Shown piece by piece: positions 48,710 to 57,044 of a stretch of 64,000 nt of DNA; within the stretch, counting starts at the first letter, position 1; every line of letters starts with the position of its first letter. The position numbers were made by a program, and so were the translations under genes. Location: contig CAZCTY010000001.1 in assembly GCA_964501945.1 (NCBI GenBank), forward strand, positions 49,187 to 113,186, written 5' to 3'. The notes below the pieces were generated by a model. The model made no database searches. It saw only the letters and a list, made by a program, of their open reading frames with translations, and was not told where the DNA came from. The DNA comes from an uncultured Methanosarcinales archaeon (lineage in GTDB: Archaea > Nanobdellota > Nanobdellia > Woesearchaeales > 21-14-0-10-32-9).

Positions 48710-48870
48710 ATCTCGCCCCCTCTTCGTTTAAGTTTTTGTTCTTGAACGTATTCGCGTAAGAATTCTCTGATTGCCTCAGATCTAGAACTGAATGTTTTTT
48801 CTTCAAGCAGAGGCTCGAGCCTTTTGAGAAGTTCTTTTGGCACCCTCACGTTTATTACTTCGGTTTTCAT
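48706..48870 (-). CDS. Ribbon-helix-helix transcriptional regulator (54 aa; below the ORF-track cutoff), first gene of the long minus-strand gene string
   Basis: Translated by hand from the minus strand: MKTEVINVRVPKELLKRLEPLLEEKTFSSRSEAIREFLREYVQEQKLKRRGGEI. This is a classic CopG-like RHH. Its TGA overlaps the ATG of the next RHH gene. Confidence 0.5.
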   Translation of the reverse strand: MKTEVINVRVPKELLKRLEPLLEEKTFSSRSEAIREFLREYVQEQKLKRRGGEI

Positions 48871-49132
48871 TATTGTCCTCAAAAAAACACTGCGTTAAAA
48901 CAAATTGTGTGTTTTTTGTAGTTTTTTATATGATTTTTGTATGACAAATGTAAGACATTTTATACCATTTTTGTATATTTGTATTACAAATGTGTGCTTT
49001 TTATACTTTTTTTGTGTGATGATAGTATATAAATGTTTTGGTTTTTAGAGAATAAAACAAAATTTACAATATGGAAAATAATTAAAAATTATTTATAAAA
49101 AAGAATTTAAACAAAACAAATATTATGATTGT
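48871..49132. promoter_or_regulatory. Divergent promoter/operator region with a repeated TTTTTGTAT / ACAAAT(T)GTGTG motif array
   Basis: acaaattgtgtgttttttgta (about 48899), atttttgtatgacaaatgt (about 48933) and atttttgtatatttgtattacaaatgtgtgc (about 48967). The TTTGTA/TACAAA half-sites are mutually inverted. TATA-like tttataaaa lies about 35 nt before the 49133 ATG. Confidence 0.4.
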
Positions 49133-49843
49133 ATGTTTGAGCCAAAAACTGTTTTTAAAAAAAACTTTCTTATATTAATTTTTATAATTCTATTAATGGT
49201 CCAAGTTCAAGCAAACGAATTATACGCAGATATAGAAATAAGACTAAATCAGAGAGGGGATGCAATAATTACAGGTGTGACAAATCACCCAACGCTTATA
49301 GGAACCTATAAAGACATGACTTCAAAACAAGAACAATACTGGCTTTTTAACTTAACAAAAGAAAATTTCACTAGCGCACTTTTTCGCATAGATTTCCCTG
49401 AAGATGTTATCATAACATATATAAGAAGCACAGCACGAATAAATATTGGAGCTGATGACGCGCCTTTTATTAAAGGAACATTAAGAAATAAACCACTAGA
49501 AATAATAGTACAATACTATTTTGACGAACCTTCTGAAGTGAGAACAAACTATTTACAAATAATAATCAGCACTATACTTATATTATTAGGAATATATATA
49601 ATGTTTTTTCATAAAAAGAAAAAAGAGAGTATAAAAGAAGAAAAGGGTCTAAGCGAGAGACAAAAAAAAATTATAGAACTTCTGGGAAAAAAAGACGGCG
49701 TAACACAAAAATACATAGAAGAAAAATTAAACTTGCCAAAATCATCAATTTCAAGAAACATATCAACACTTGAGAGAAAAGGCATAATAAAAAAAATAAC
49801 AAAAGGATTTAGCAACACAATATATTTGAATAAAAACAAATAA
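49133..49843 (+). CDS. Membrane-tethered winged-HTH transcriptional regulator (extracytoplasmic domain, TM helix, cytoplasmic wHTH)
   Basis: N-terminal signal/TM (FLILIFIILLMVQVQA). An ectodomain of about 130 aa. The TM is ISTILILLGIYIMFF. The cytoplasmic tail LSERQKKIIELLGKKDGVTQKYIEEKLNLPKSSISRNISTLERKGIIKK is a MarR/ArsR-type wHTH. Confidence 0.6.
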   Translation: MFEPKTVFKKNFLILIFIILLMVQVQANELYADIEIRLNQRGDAIITGVTNHPTLIGTYKDMTSKQEQYWLFNLTKENFTSALFRIDFPEDVIITYIRSTARINIGADDAPFIKGTLRNKPLEIIVQYYFDEPSEVRTNYLQIIISTILILLGIYIMFFHKKKKESIKEEKGLSERQKKIIELLGKKDGVTQKYIEEKLNLPKSSISRNISTLERKGIIKKITKGFSNTIYLNKNK

Positions 49844-49850
49844 ACGAGGA

Positions 49851-49921
49851 GTTCCACCTACTTACTAGTTGTTCCGCTAAGTTCCGGGCAAAAACTATAT
49901 GCTGTTCCACCTTACTAATAT
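49851..49921. promoter_or_regulatory. Array of four GTTCC direct repeats (two extended copies GTTCCACCT(AC)TTACTA)
   Basis: gttccacctacttactag at 49851, gttccgctaa at 49871, gttccgggca at 49881 and gttccaccttactaatat at 49904. They lie between the wHTH gene and the 49957 ATG. Confidence 0.35.
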
Positions 49922-49956
49922 TGTCAAACCCCAAAAAGGGATGCGAGGTGAAAAAA

Positions 49957-50838
49957 ATGAGAAATATAACAAAAACATTTCTTGTGGCTTTTACTTTGTT
50001 ATTAGCTTTGCCATTAACCATGGCACAAGCAGATATAACAAATGAAGTCGGACAAGAAACTAATGCACGCGAGGTAATGCCTTTTGAAACAATTCATGGC
50101 GCAGAAATGAGATTGCTACAATTAGAGAGAGCAATACACAGAAATATATTAAACGGCGAAACAATAATTGAAAGCCTTGATGCAGAATTAGAAAATGAAA
50201 CAATTATAGAATTAGAAGCAATTCTTCAAAGCATGATTGACTTAAAAGAAGAAGTATCTGCATACGAAGTAGGCACAGAAGACGATGTTGAAAATTTTGT
50301 GAGCTTTAGACAAGAAGCATCAGCCCTAACAAAAGAATTTAGAGACACAGTGAGAGAAACCGTTGATGAGGAAAGAGCACAAGAAATTAGAACCGCTGCA
50401 AATGAGCGAGCAAGAGATGCCATAGCGGAGTACCAAGAAAACATAAATGAGCGCGCTAGGGCACACAACGAAGAAATAACACAGAGAAGAATAGAAGTTC
50501 AAGGAATTATTAGCGAAGACTTACTTGAGAAAATAAGAACTGGAGAAATAGAACCTCAACAAATAAGAGAAGAAGTACTGAATCTAGTTAGAGAAAACCT
50601 AGGAGAACAAGCTAGTGACGCAATAGAAAACATGCGCGAGGATGCACTCAGGCAAGAGATAACTGCTAGAGAAAACATAAATAGAATAAGAGAAGAAGTC
50701 CTAGAAAATAATACGGCGCGAGCAAAAGAGAGAATCCAAGAAGTAAGAGATAGACTGCCTGATGATTTAGAACAAAACATTAGCGAGAGAATAAAAGATT
50801 TAAATGAGAGAATACAAAATAGAGGAGGGATAAGATGA
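49957..50838 (+). CDS. Secreted coiled-coil protein (E/R-rich)
   Basis: The ATG at 49957 follows GAGGTGA. The signal peptide MRNITKTFLVAFTLLLALPLTMAQA is followed by a long E/R/I-rich helical region. The track's TTG at 49921 would add 12 aa before the signal peptide. Confidence 0.6.
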   Translation: MRNITKTFLVAFTLLLALPLTMAQADITNEVGQETNAREVMPFETIHGAEMRLLQLERAIHRNILNGETIIESLDAELENETIIELEAILQSMIDLKEEVSAYEVGTEDDVENFVSFRQEASALTKEFRDTVRETVDEERAQEIRTAANERARDAIAEYQENINERARAHNEEITQRRIEVQGIISEDLLEKIRTGEIEPQQIREEVLNLVRENLGEQASDAIENMREDALRQEITARENINRIREEVLENNTARAKERIQEVRDRLPDDLEQNISERIKDLNERIQNRGGIR

Positions 50839-51026
50839 AATACTTAATAGCAATATTGCTGATTTCAGTTTTGGCAATTACAGCCTGCGCGCCTGAAGAT
50901 GTAGACATACCACCTGAAGACCCTATAATAGATGATGAAGATGATGCAGATGATGAAGCACAAGAAGACATCTTATCAGACTTAGTAGACGAAGATGAAG
51001 ATATAGAAATCGGCGAGATGATATAG
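50835..51026 (+). CDS. Small acidic lipoprotein-like protein (63 aa)
   Basis: MKYLIAILLISVLAITAC is a lipobox-like signal. It is followed by a D/E-rich tail. There is an ATGA overlap with the upstream gene. Confidence 0.45.
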   Translation: MKYLIAILLISVLAITACAPEDVDIPPEDPIIDDEDDADDEAQEDILSDLVDEDEDIEIGEMI

Positions 51027-51029
51027 ACT

Positions 51030-52250
51030 TCAAAACTTTTTTCTTTTTTTCTTTTTTTCTTTTCTCAAAATCAAAAAAACCAACAAGAAAAATATAACAA
51101 CTAAAACAGAAAAGAACCAAACAATGAAATCAACACTCCCAGCTACACTACCTTCTTCATCAAAGTTAACATTAATAATAGTACCCCTCTCATAAGAAAC
51201 CCTGTTATTAAAATGAACCCTACCAGAAACCCTGTACTGACCAGAATCATCAGGCGAGAAAAACGAATCCAACTCAACCTCCGAGTCAGGAGGAACATTA
51301 ATAACATCAGATTCTACGATCTCAATAACCCTATCATCTTTTGTTACAGTTCCTTTAAACTGAGCACTCACAGTTCTAGAACCTTCGTTTTTAAAAGTAG
51401 CAATAATCGGAACAATTTCACCAACAGAAGCCCACGTTTTAGCACTAACTTTTTCTAAAACCCCTGTATCACTAATACCACCACGCTCTAAAACACTAAA
51501 TGTAATCATAGACCTAGAACCACAAACGGGCTCAGAAACCTCGGCCCAATACTGACCAGGATCTAAATCAAGATTAAAAGAACCCTCAATTAAAGAAGTC
51601 CTAGTAGGAATTATATCTTCGTTATGGCTATAAGTATATTCTTTGACTACCTCATCTTGCATTTGAGAAAACACTTTAACATCAAAAGCAGGAGAATACC
51701 TAACATTACCAGTATTTCTAACCCTCGCAGAGATAACATTTTCCTCATCAATTTCAACATCACTAATATCTAAACCACCAGCAGTACAAGAAACAATTTG
51801 AGTATCAGTAATATTGATGAGAACATCAACCTCAAATGCAACAACGACATTAGAACCCATAGCAGAACTAACATTACCAAGTGCGCCAGTACTAATAAAA
51901 ACAGTGCCCTCATAAGAATCAACACGAGCATCACTAGGAGGCTCAACCATCACCGAAATAACACCAGGATCACCTTCACTCACAAAAAAACTACCCTCGG
52001 ATGGCTCAAAACTAATCCAATCAGCAATCTCACCACGCGCCTCAAAGAAAACAAAGACATCATCAGGACGACCAATACTAACAATAATTTCTTCTTCAGC
52101 AAAACCCCCTCTTAAAACATTATCAAACGTAACAGATGCACGATTAACACCAAGAATAGCAGCATCAACAAAAGATGCACTAAATAAAATAAAAACTAGA
52201 ACAATAAATACAAAAACCAAATTAGCAAACACTTTTTTATTCATCATCAC
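51030..52250 (-). CDS. Surface protein with C-terminal TM anchor and poly-K tail
   Basis: The signal peptide ends in FSASFVDAA. The beta-rich ectodomain is followed by a C-terminal TM (VDFIVWFFSVLVVIFFLLVFLIL) and then RKEKKKKRKKF. Confidence 0.6.
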   Translation of the reverse strand: MMMNKKVFANLVFVFIVLVFILFSASFVDAAILGVNRASVTFDNVLRGGFAEEEIIVSIGRPDDVFVFFEARGEIADWISFEPSEGSFFVSEGDPGVISVMVEPPSDARVDSYEGTVFISTGALGNVSSAMGSNVVVAFEVDVLINITDTQIVSCTAGGLDISDVEIDEENVISARVRNTGNVRYSPAFDVKVFSQMQDEVVKEYTYSHNEDIIPTRTSLIEGSFNLDLDPGQYWAEVSEPVCGSRSMITFSVLERGGISDTGVLEKVSAKTWASVGEIVPIIATFKNEGSRTVSAQFKGTVTKDDRVIEIVESDVINVPPDSEVELDSFFSPDDSGQYRVSGRVHFNNRVSYERGTIINVNFDEEGSVAGSVDFIVWFFSVLVVIFFLLVFLILRKEKKKKRKKF

Positions 52251-52391
52251 ACAAAAACAAACAAGCTTTTTTTAAATCTTCCTGAAATTACAAGCCAAGA
52301 GAAAAATCTAACAAAATATCTTGACTAATATTCTCAACGTCTTTTACATAATCTTTCATAATATCAAACCTCCCACAAAAAAATATAATAT

Positions 52392-53267
52392 TTAAGGAAC
52401 TGTAGCAGTAAACCTCAAAGTACCAACACACTCCCCGAAAGGATTAGGCGGCACGAATAACCTCCAATAAAGTGACGATTCAACAGGTGAGGTAGCATCA
52501 GTAGGCTGCAAAAGAGTAATACCAACATCCTGATAATCAGAACTCAACGCAGTTTTTTCCTCCCACAAATTGTCAGTGTCTAAAGAAAAACGCTGATTTT
52601 CAACAGTTATGTTAGAACCCTCATCACAAACCAAACCTAAACCATCACCTTCCTCAACGCCATAACCTAAGACACTAACATTAATATCAACATTACCAAA
52701 ATTAGTAATGGACGATAAAACATCAGGACTGTAATCTAAAACAGATAAGTCTCCATAATCAATAGTATCAGTAACATTGAGAGCATATAATTCATTTATA
52801 GTCGTCTCATTTTCCAAAGAGTCAACAAAACCAAAAGAATCCTCAGCACTCACATTACAAACCCAATCACCATTATTAGCATAATGCAAAACCTCAAATG
52901 TACATGAAGAATAAGCTATGTACTCCCCATCATTATCATAAATCTCACAACTACTATTAGTATAATGAAGATTACCATCATCAACGTCACCACTAAAACT
53001 GTCAGGCTCATAAAAGAAAGTTCCATTAACAGCAATTACATCTTCCCAACCATTCCAATCACGAATAGATGCATTACAATAAACAGTCTTCACGCCTCCA
53101 GCATTAAGAGTTATGTCCTCATCAACAATAACTTCTAAAATCTCAGGCACCGCATTAGTAATGTTTGCCCTCGTGATAACATCAACGTCTTCATAATTAT
53201 AAGCGCTAACGCTACTTATAAGAAGCACTAAGCTAAACACTGCAAACGTTAATATATTAAATTTCAT
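52392..53267 (-). CDS. Secreted protein, cassette family A (copy A2)
   Basis: Paralog of 10441..11340 (KTVYCNASIRDWNGWEDVIAVNGTFF, HYTNSSCEIYDNDGEYIAYSSCTFEVLHYANNGDWVCNVSAEDSFGF, CVGTLRFTATVP). Confidence 0.7.
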   Translation of the reverse strand: MKFNILTFAVFSLVLLISSVSAYNYEDVDVITRANITNAVPEILEVIVDEDITLNAGGVKTVYCNASIRDWNGWEDVIAVNGTFFYEPDSFSGDVDDGNLHYTNSSCEIYDNDGEYIAYSSCTFEVLHYANNGDWVCNVSAEDSFGFVDSLENETTINELYALNVTDTIDYGDLSVLDYSPDVLSSITNFGNVDINVSVLGYGVEEGDGLGLVCDEGSNITVENQRFSLDTDNLWEEKTALSSDYQDVGITLLQPTDATSPVESSLYWRLFVPPNPFGECVGTLRFTATVP

Positions 53268-53269
53268 AA

Positions 53270-53980
53270 TTATCCGCCCAACTCCACATAAAAGTAATAA
53301 GTCGTTGTATCTTCAGGATTGTTAGCCATAATTAACTGAAAATCAAATAAAGACCCGCCATCATAACCAACAGTTGAAGGATTAATAGGCGTTACATAAA
53401 TCAAGTCAGTAGGATCTTCTAATAATACAATAGGAAAATCCGAACCACTCTGATCTTGCCTAGCACTATCAACGAAGGTACTAGTCGCAGGACAATTATC
53501 CTGATCAGCCAAACCAACAGTTATAGTAGGGTGAACAGTTTCATTGAAAGTATTGGAAATACTATCAGCAGAAGCACTACTTATCGAGAGAAAAGACTCT
53601 TCTGAGGAAATAGTCGCACCAGCTGCACAATCAATATCTCCCCAATCAATGCTATCACTCCTACTCGAATAAATCTCACCGCTAATACTTGCTTGATCAA
53701 GAGCCCAATTAAAGATAGTATTGCCATCACCATCATCAAGAGTTAAACTACCTGTGATGTTCCCTACGTAGGCTTTCCACCTAGGGTTTTGCTGAAGAGC
53801 ATCAACAACTAAAGTAGTAATAGTACCTCCATCGTCAGTCCTACTATCAGGCGGACTTTCTTCAACCAAGTCAGTAACAATGTGGGTGACATCTGTTCCA
53901 GTCGGCTGAGCTAAGACGAAGGAGGAAACAATTAATACGAACCCTACAAACAAAGCCAAAAAACTCAAATTCTTAATCAT
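53270..53980 (-). CDS. Secreted protein, cassette family B (copy B2)
   Basis: The signal peptide ends in VLAQPTG. Motifs PRWKAYVGNITGSLTLDDGDGNTIFNWAL, IDWGDIDCAA and the C-terminal TTYYFYVELGG. Confidence 0.7.
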   Translation of the reverse strand: MIKNLSFLALFVGFVLIVSSFVLAQPTGTDVTHIVTDLVEESPPDSRTDDGGTITTLVVDALQQNPRWKAYVGNITGSLTLDDGDGNTIFNWALDQASISGEIYSSRSDSIDWGDIDCAAGATISSEESFLSISSASADSISNTFNETVHPTITVGLADQDNCPATSTFVDSARQDQSGSDFPIVLLEDPTDLIYVTPINPSTVGYDGGSLFDFQLIMANNPEDTTTYYFYVELGG

Positions 53981-54008
53981 TTTAATTCATTCCCTCCTAT
54001 GTATTGTC

Positions 54009-54731
54009 TTATTGCAACTCCAAGTAAAAGTAGTACGGAGTAGGATTTTCATCAGTACCGTCTTCACCAACAAGTAATTGGAAATGCCAAGGAAGACCAT
54101 CGAAACCAGCAGGACTAGTATCTTCTATTATGGTTGTGTAAACCATATCATCTCCTGCCTTTAACAAAACCTGCCAAAAAGCATTACCTTGCTCACCACT
54201 CGCATTATATGCTTGAGTCGTAGGACAACCAGTAATCGCTTGACCACCAACTTCAAAAGCAGGGTGATCTGTATTAGTAAAAGTATTATTAACACTATCA
54301 GGATCATCAGGCGATTGACCCAAAGCAGCCGCCTCATCAGATATATCAGTTACATCAGGACACAAAATAGTATCCCAACTCACAGCATCGTTCCTACTAG
54401 CATAAACCTGACCTGTAGGTACAGAAACATTCCAGTCATAAAAATTATTACCACTAGAATCTGCAAGGACAATTTCCCCTGTTATGTTACCATAGAAACC
54501 TTGCCAATGCCTAGTTACAGACAAACCATGCAAGGACAATTCAGTCACATTACCTGCCTGCGCATCAACTTCTTGCGGCGCGATTTCTTCTTCAAACCTC
54601 GAACTCTCTATTACGTCTGCTGTCTCAGCACCCAAAGGCTGCGCTGCTACAAAACTTACCATTAGTAGCAAAGAGAGAGCAAACACTCCCAAAAAATATG
54701 TTCTCCCCTTCATTTTCTTTTTTTCCTCCAA
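54009..54731 (-). CDS. Secreted protein, cassette family C (copy C2)
   Basis: The signal peptide ends in FVAAQP. Motifs HWQGFYGNITGEIVLADSSGNNFYDWNVSVPTGQVYASRNDAVSWDTILCPD and the C-terminal TPYYFYLELQ. Confidence 0.7.
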   Translation of the reverse strand: MEEKKKMKGRTYFLGVFALSLLLMVSFVAAQPLGAETADVIESSRFEEEIAPQEVDAQAGNVTELSLHGLSVTRHWQGFYGNITGEIVLADSSGNNFYDWNVSVPTGQVYASRNDAVSWDTILCPDVTDISDEAAALGQSPDDPDSVNNTFTNTDHPAFEVGGQAITGCPTTQAYNASGEQGNAFWQVLLKAGDDMVYTTIIEDTSPAGFDGLPWHFQLLVGEDGTDENPTPYYFYLELQ

Positions 54732-54749
54732 ATCTTTTTTAACTTTATT

Positions 54750-55322
54750 TTAAGTTATCATCCTCTTACTAATTTTATGAGGATCGTAAATAGGATAGTA
54801 GCTTTCTTGAGATGCCTCAACATCACCAACAGTGATTTCTTCAACACCCAAACCATCAACTAATTTTTTTGAAACATTATCCTTGAAAATTATTTTAACA
54901 CTTGATTTAGGAGATTCTTCAACAAAAATCCCAGCTATTTGATCGATGCTTTCTTTTAACGCGAAGTACGTTTTTTCTATTTCCTCGTGCTTGTTACTGT
55001 ATGGATAGAGCCAAATTTTAATCAAAGCTTTTTTGTGCTCGTCAATACTGATCATTTTTTTCTCAACGAAACCATCAGCTGTTACAATTAAGTAAGCATT
55101 ATCTTTCGCGATGCTATAAACAACTCTTGGCTGGCCCTTGTCACGATTACTTATTCTCTCACTTTTTACGATGTTTGCAAGCTCGAGGAATCTTAATGAT
55201 TGGCTGATGTTTGACATTGAAGTATTTGCAAGCTTTGCCAATTCTAAAGGTGATTTTTTTTCTCGAGCTAACGCTTTCAAAATGTTCCATTTTGCGCTTG
55301 TAAAAAGTGTCTCTTGATCCAT
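54750..55322 (-). CDS. Winged-HTH transcriptional regulator (ArsR/MarR-like N-terminal domain plus C-terminal domain), first gene of the C2-B2-A2 cassette
   Basis: The start is taken at the internal ATG MDQETLF (the track ORF extends to 55385). The wHTH segment is AKWNILKALAREKKSPLELAKLANTSMSNISQSLRFLELANIVKSERISNRDKGQPRVVYSI. Confidence 0.6.
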   Translation of the reverse strand: MDQETLFTSAKWNILKALAREKKSPLELAKLANTSMSNISQSLRFLELANIVKSERISNRDKGQPRVVYSIAKDNAYLIVTADGFVEKKMISIDEHKKALIKIWLYPYSNKHEEIEKTYFALKESIDQIAGIFVEESPKSSVKIIFKDNVSKKLVDGLGVEEITVGDVEASQESYYPIYDPHKISKRMIT

Positions 55323-55515
55323 TTTTGCTCTTTTTTCTCTCCTAAACAAACACAAAAATGCGTCTTTTAAGCCACGTATATACAAAATCGTTGCTTGTGG
55401 CTTTTAGTATACATTTTTGTATTCTGATTTAATCAATGTGATAGCTCATATTTAAATGTTTCGTTTTTTACAATAAAATTTAATTTGTAGAAGTTGAAAA
55501 TAAACAAAAATAAAG

Positions 55516-55549
55516 TTATTACACTAATTAAGTTATTTATGAATTAGTT
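55516..55549. repeat. Left copy of a perfect 34-bp inverted repeat (ttattacactaattaagttatttatgaattagtt)
   Basis: It is the exact reverse complement of 57045..57078. The pair was found by direct comparison of the two intergenic regions. Confidence 0.75.
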
Positions 55550-55593
55550 ATTTTTAAAGCCTGAAAACTAAAAATTTTTGATAATTGCAGAAA

Positions 55594-56349
55594 TCAATAA
55601 ATTTCTGCAAAGAAATAATAAGTTGTAGGATCGGCAGCAGTCGGATCTTCAGGAACAATTAATTGAAAATCATAAAACTGAGAATCATAACCAACTTGAG
55701 CTTGCTCTATTAACGATGCAAAAACCAAATTACTAGATCCATCTTCAAGCAAAATTTCCTGGAAACTAGACTCGACAGACGGCTCTTGCCTAGCATCATC
55801 AACGTAAGTTGCAATAGCTCTACAAGAACTTTCAACTATTTGAGTGGTTCCAACAAAGAAACTCCTATGAATTGTTTCGTTAAACGTTCTATTTATACTA
55901 TCAGCACTCTCATCATCAATATTCAAATTGAGTTGCTCACTTAATATGCTCTGCTCACTCGCACAATCTATGCTTGCCCAATCAATATCTTCATGACGTG
56001 TAACATAAACTTGACCTGAAACAGTGACTAAATCCCAATCATAAATAGATTGGCTGCTCGCATCTTGCAGAGCAAGTCTACCGGAGACGTTACCAACATA
56101 CGCTTTCCAACGAGGAGTTTGAAAAGTACCATTTAAAACAAGCGTAGTAAATGTTCCGCCAGCAGTAGTTAACTCGGCAGCAGGCTCAGGAGTAATAGTT
56201 TCAGTTTCGTTTAGTGATATATCTACACCGGCAGGCTGAGCACTAACACTGCTTGAAATATTTAAAGCCCCAAAAGAGCTTGTTATGAGTAAAACTAAGA
56301 GGAATACAATAACTAATTTCTCCATCCGCAAATTAGTCGCTTTACTCAT
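55594..56349 (-). CDS. Secreted protein, cassette family B (solo copy B3) inside the IR-bounded segment
   Basis: The signal peptide ends in SVSAQPAG. Motifs PRWKAYVGNVSGRLALQDASSQSIYDWDL, IDWASIDCAS and the C-terminal TTYYFFAEIY. Confidence 0.7.
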   Translation of the reverse strand: MSKATNLRMEKLVIVFLLVLLITSSFGALNISSSVSAQPAGVDISLNETETITPEPAAELTTAGGTFTTLVLNGTFQTPRWKAYVGNVSGRLALQDASSQSIYDWDLVTVSGQVYVTRHEDIDWASIDCASEQSILSEQLNLNIDDESADSINRTFNETIHRSFFVGTTQIVESSCRAIATYVDDARQEPSVESSFQEILLEDGSSNLVFASLIEQAQVGYDSQFYDFQLIVPEDPTAADPTTYYFFAEIY

Positions 56350-56845
56350 TTTTTACACCTTTTTTATCGAGCTTTTTTTTGGCCCTGCTCAAAACAGTCC
56401 AAACAGTTTTCTCATTTTTTCCTAAAATTAAAGCAATTTTTTTAACACTAAATCCAAGATTTTTCAAATACAGAGAAACAGACTCTAAAACAGACAATTC
56501 TCTATTTTTTAGAACATCACTACTTATGCTGACGGTTGGGCAAGAATTGTTTTCCTTGAAGAAAATTTGCTTGGATTTGGCTTTGTTGTAAGTTACCCAA
56601 ACAGTTCTTTGATCTCGGTTAATTAAAGAACCTATCTTAGAGTATTGCATAGAATGTTGCTCTTTTAGATATTTTACAATCGCCTCTAAACCGCTAAGTC
56701 CTTGTCTGAAAATCTCGCAAGGAATACTTATTTTGATGCCTTCATCAATGTTTTGAAGGTTTTGATTGAAATTATTTTGCGAGATGGAGAGCTCCATTTT
56801 GCTTTCATAAGAATTTTTATCAATAGAGCTCTCTGTAAAAAACAT
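56342..56845 (-). CDS. Small regulator with two tandem sigma70-region-4/LuxR-like HTH modules
   Basis: The two internal repeats are LSGLEAIVKYLKEQHSMQYSKIGSLINRDQRTVWVTYNKAKSK and LSVLESVSLYLKNLGFSVKKIALILGKNEKTVWTVLSRAKKKL. It overlaps B3 by 8 nt. Confidence 0.55.
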   Translation of the reverse strand: MFFTESSIDKNSYESKMELSISQNNFNQNLQNIDEGIKISIPCEIFRQGLSGLEAIVKYLKEQHSMQYSKIGSLINRDQRTVWVTYNKAKSKQIFFKENNSCPTVSISSDVLKNRELSVLESVSLYLKNLGFSVKKIALILGKNEKTVWTVLSRAKKKLDKKGVKNE

Positions 56846-56948
56846 AAATACTTATTATGTGGGGTTTATTTATAAATGTTTTGATGATGTTTTTAATAAA
56901 TGCTTATTATGTAAGATTAATTTTTTTATTAATACTTATTATGTAGGG
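56846..56948. repeat. Three direct repeats AA(T)RCTTATTATGTRRG in the promoter of the double-HTH regulator
   Basis: aaatacttattatgtgggg (56846), aaatgcttattatgtaag (56898) and taatacttattatgtaggg (56930). Spacings are 52 and 32 bp. TATA-like tttataaat lies at about 56871. Confidence 0.5.
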
Positions 56949-57044
56949 TTGTTTTTTAGGGGTTTTTTAGTTTTTGGGGTTGTTGTTTTGGCGTTGTGTT
57001 TTTTTGCGATTGTTTATAATTTTGCTTTTTTAGGGCTTTAAATA

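Noticed and set aside
56846-56948. CRISPR-like repeat array
   Set aside because: There are only three copies and they are imperfect. The spacing is variable (52 and 32 bp). They lie inside a promoter and there are no cas genes, which fits operator repeats better than a CRISPR array.
56859-57041. 60-aa plus-strand ORF in the G/T-rich spacer
   Set aside because: Its translation is simply the G/T-rich repeat region (Phe/Gly/Val/Leu). It has no start context, and it overlaps the promoter repeats and the right inverted repeat.
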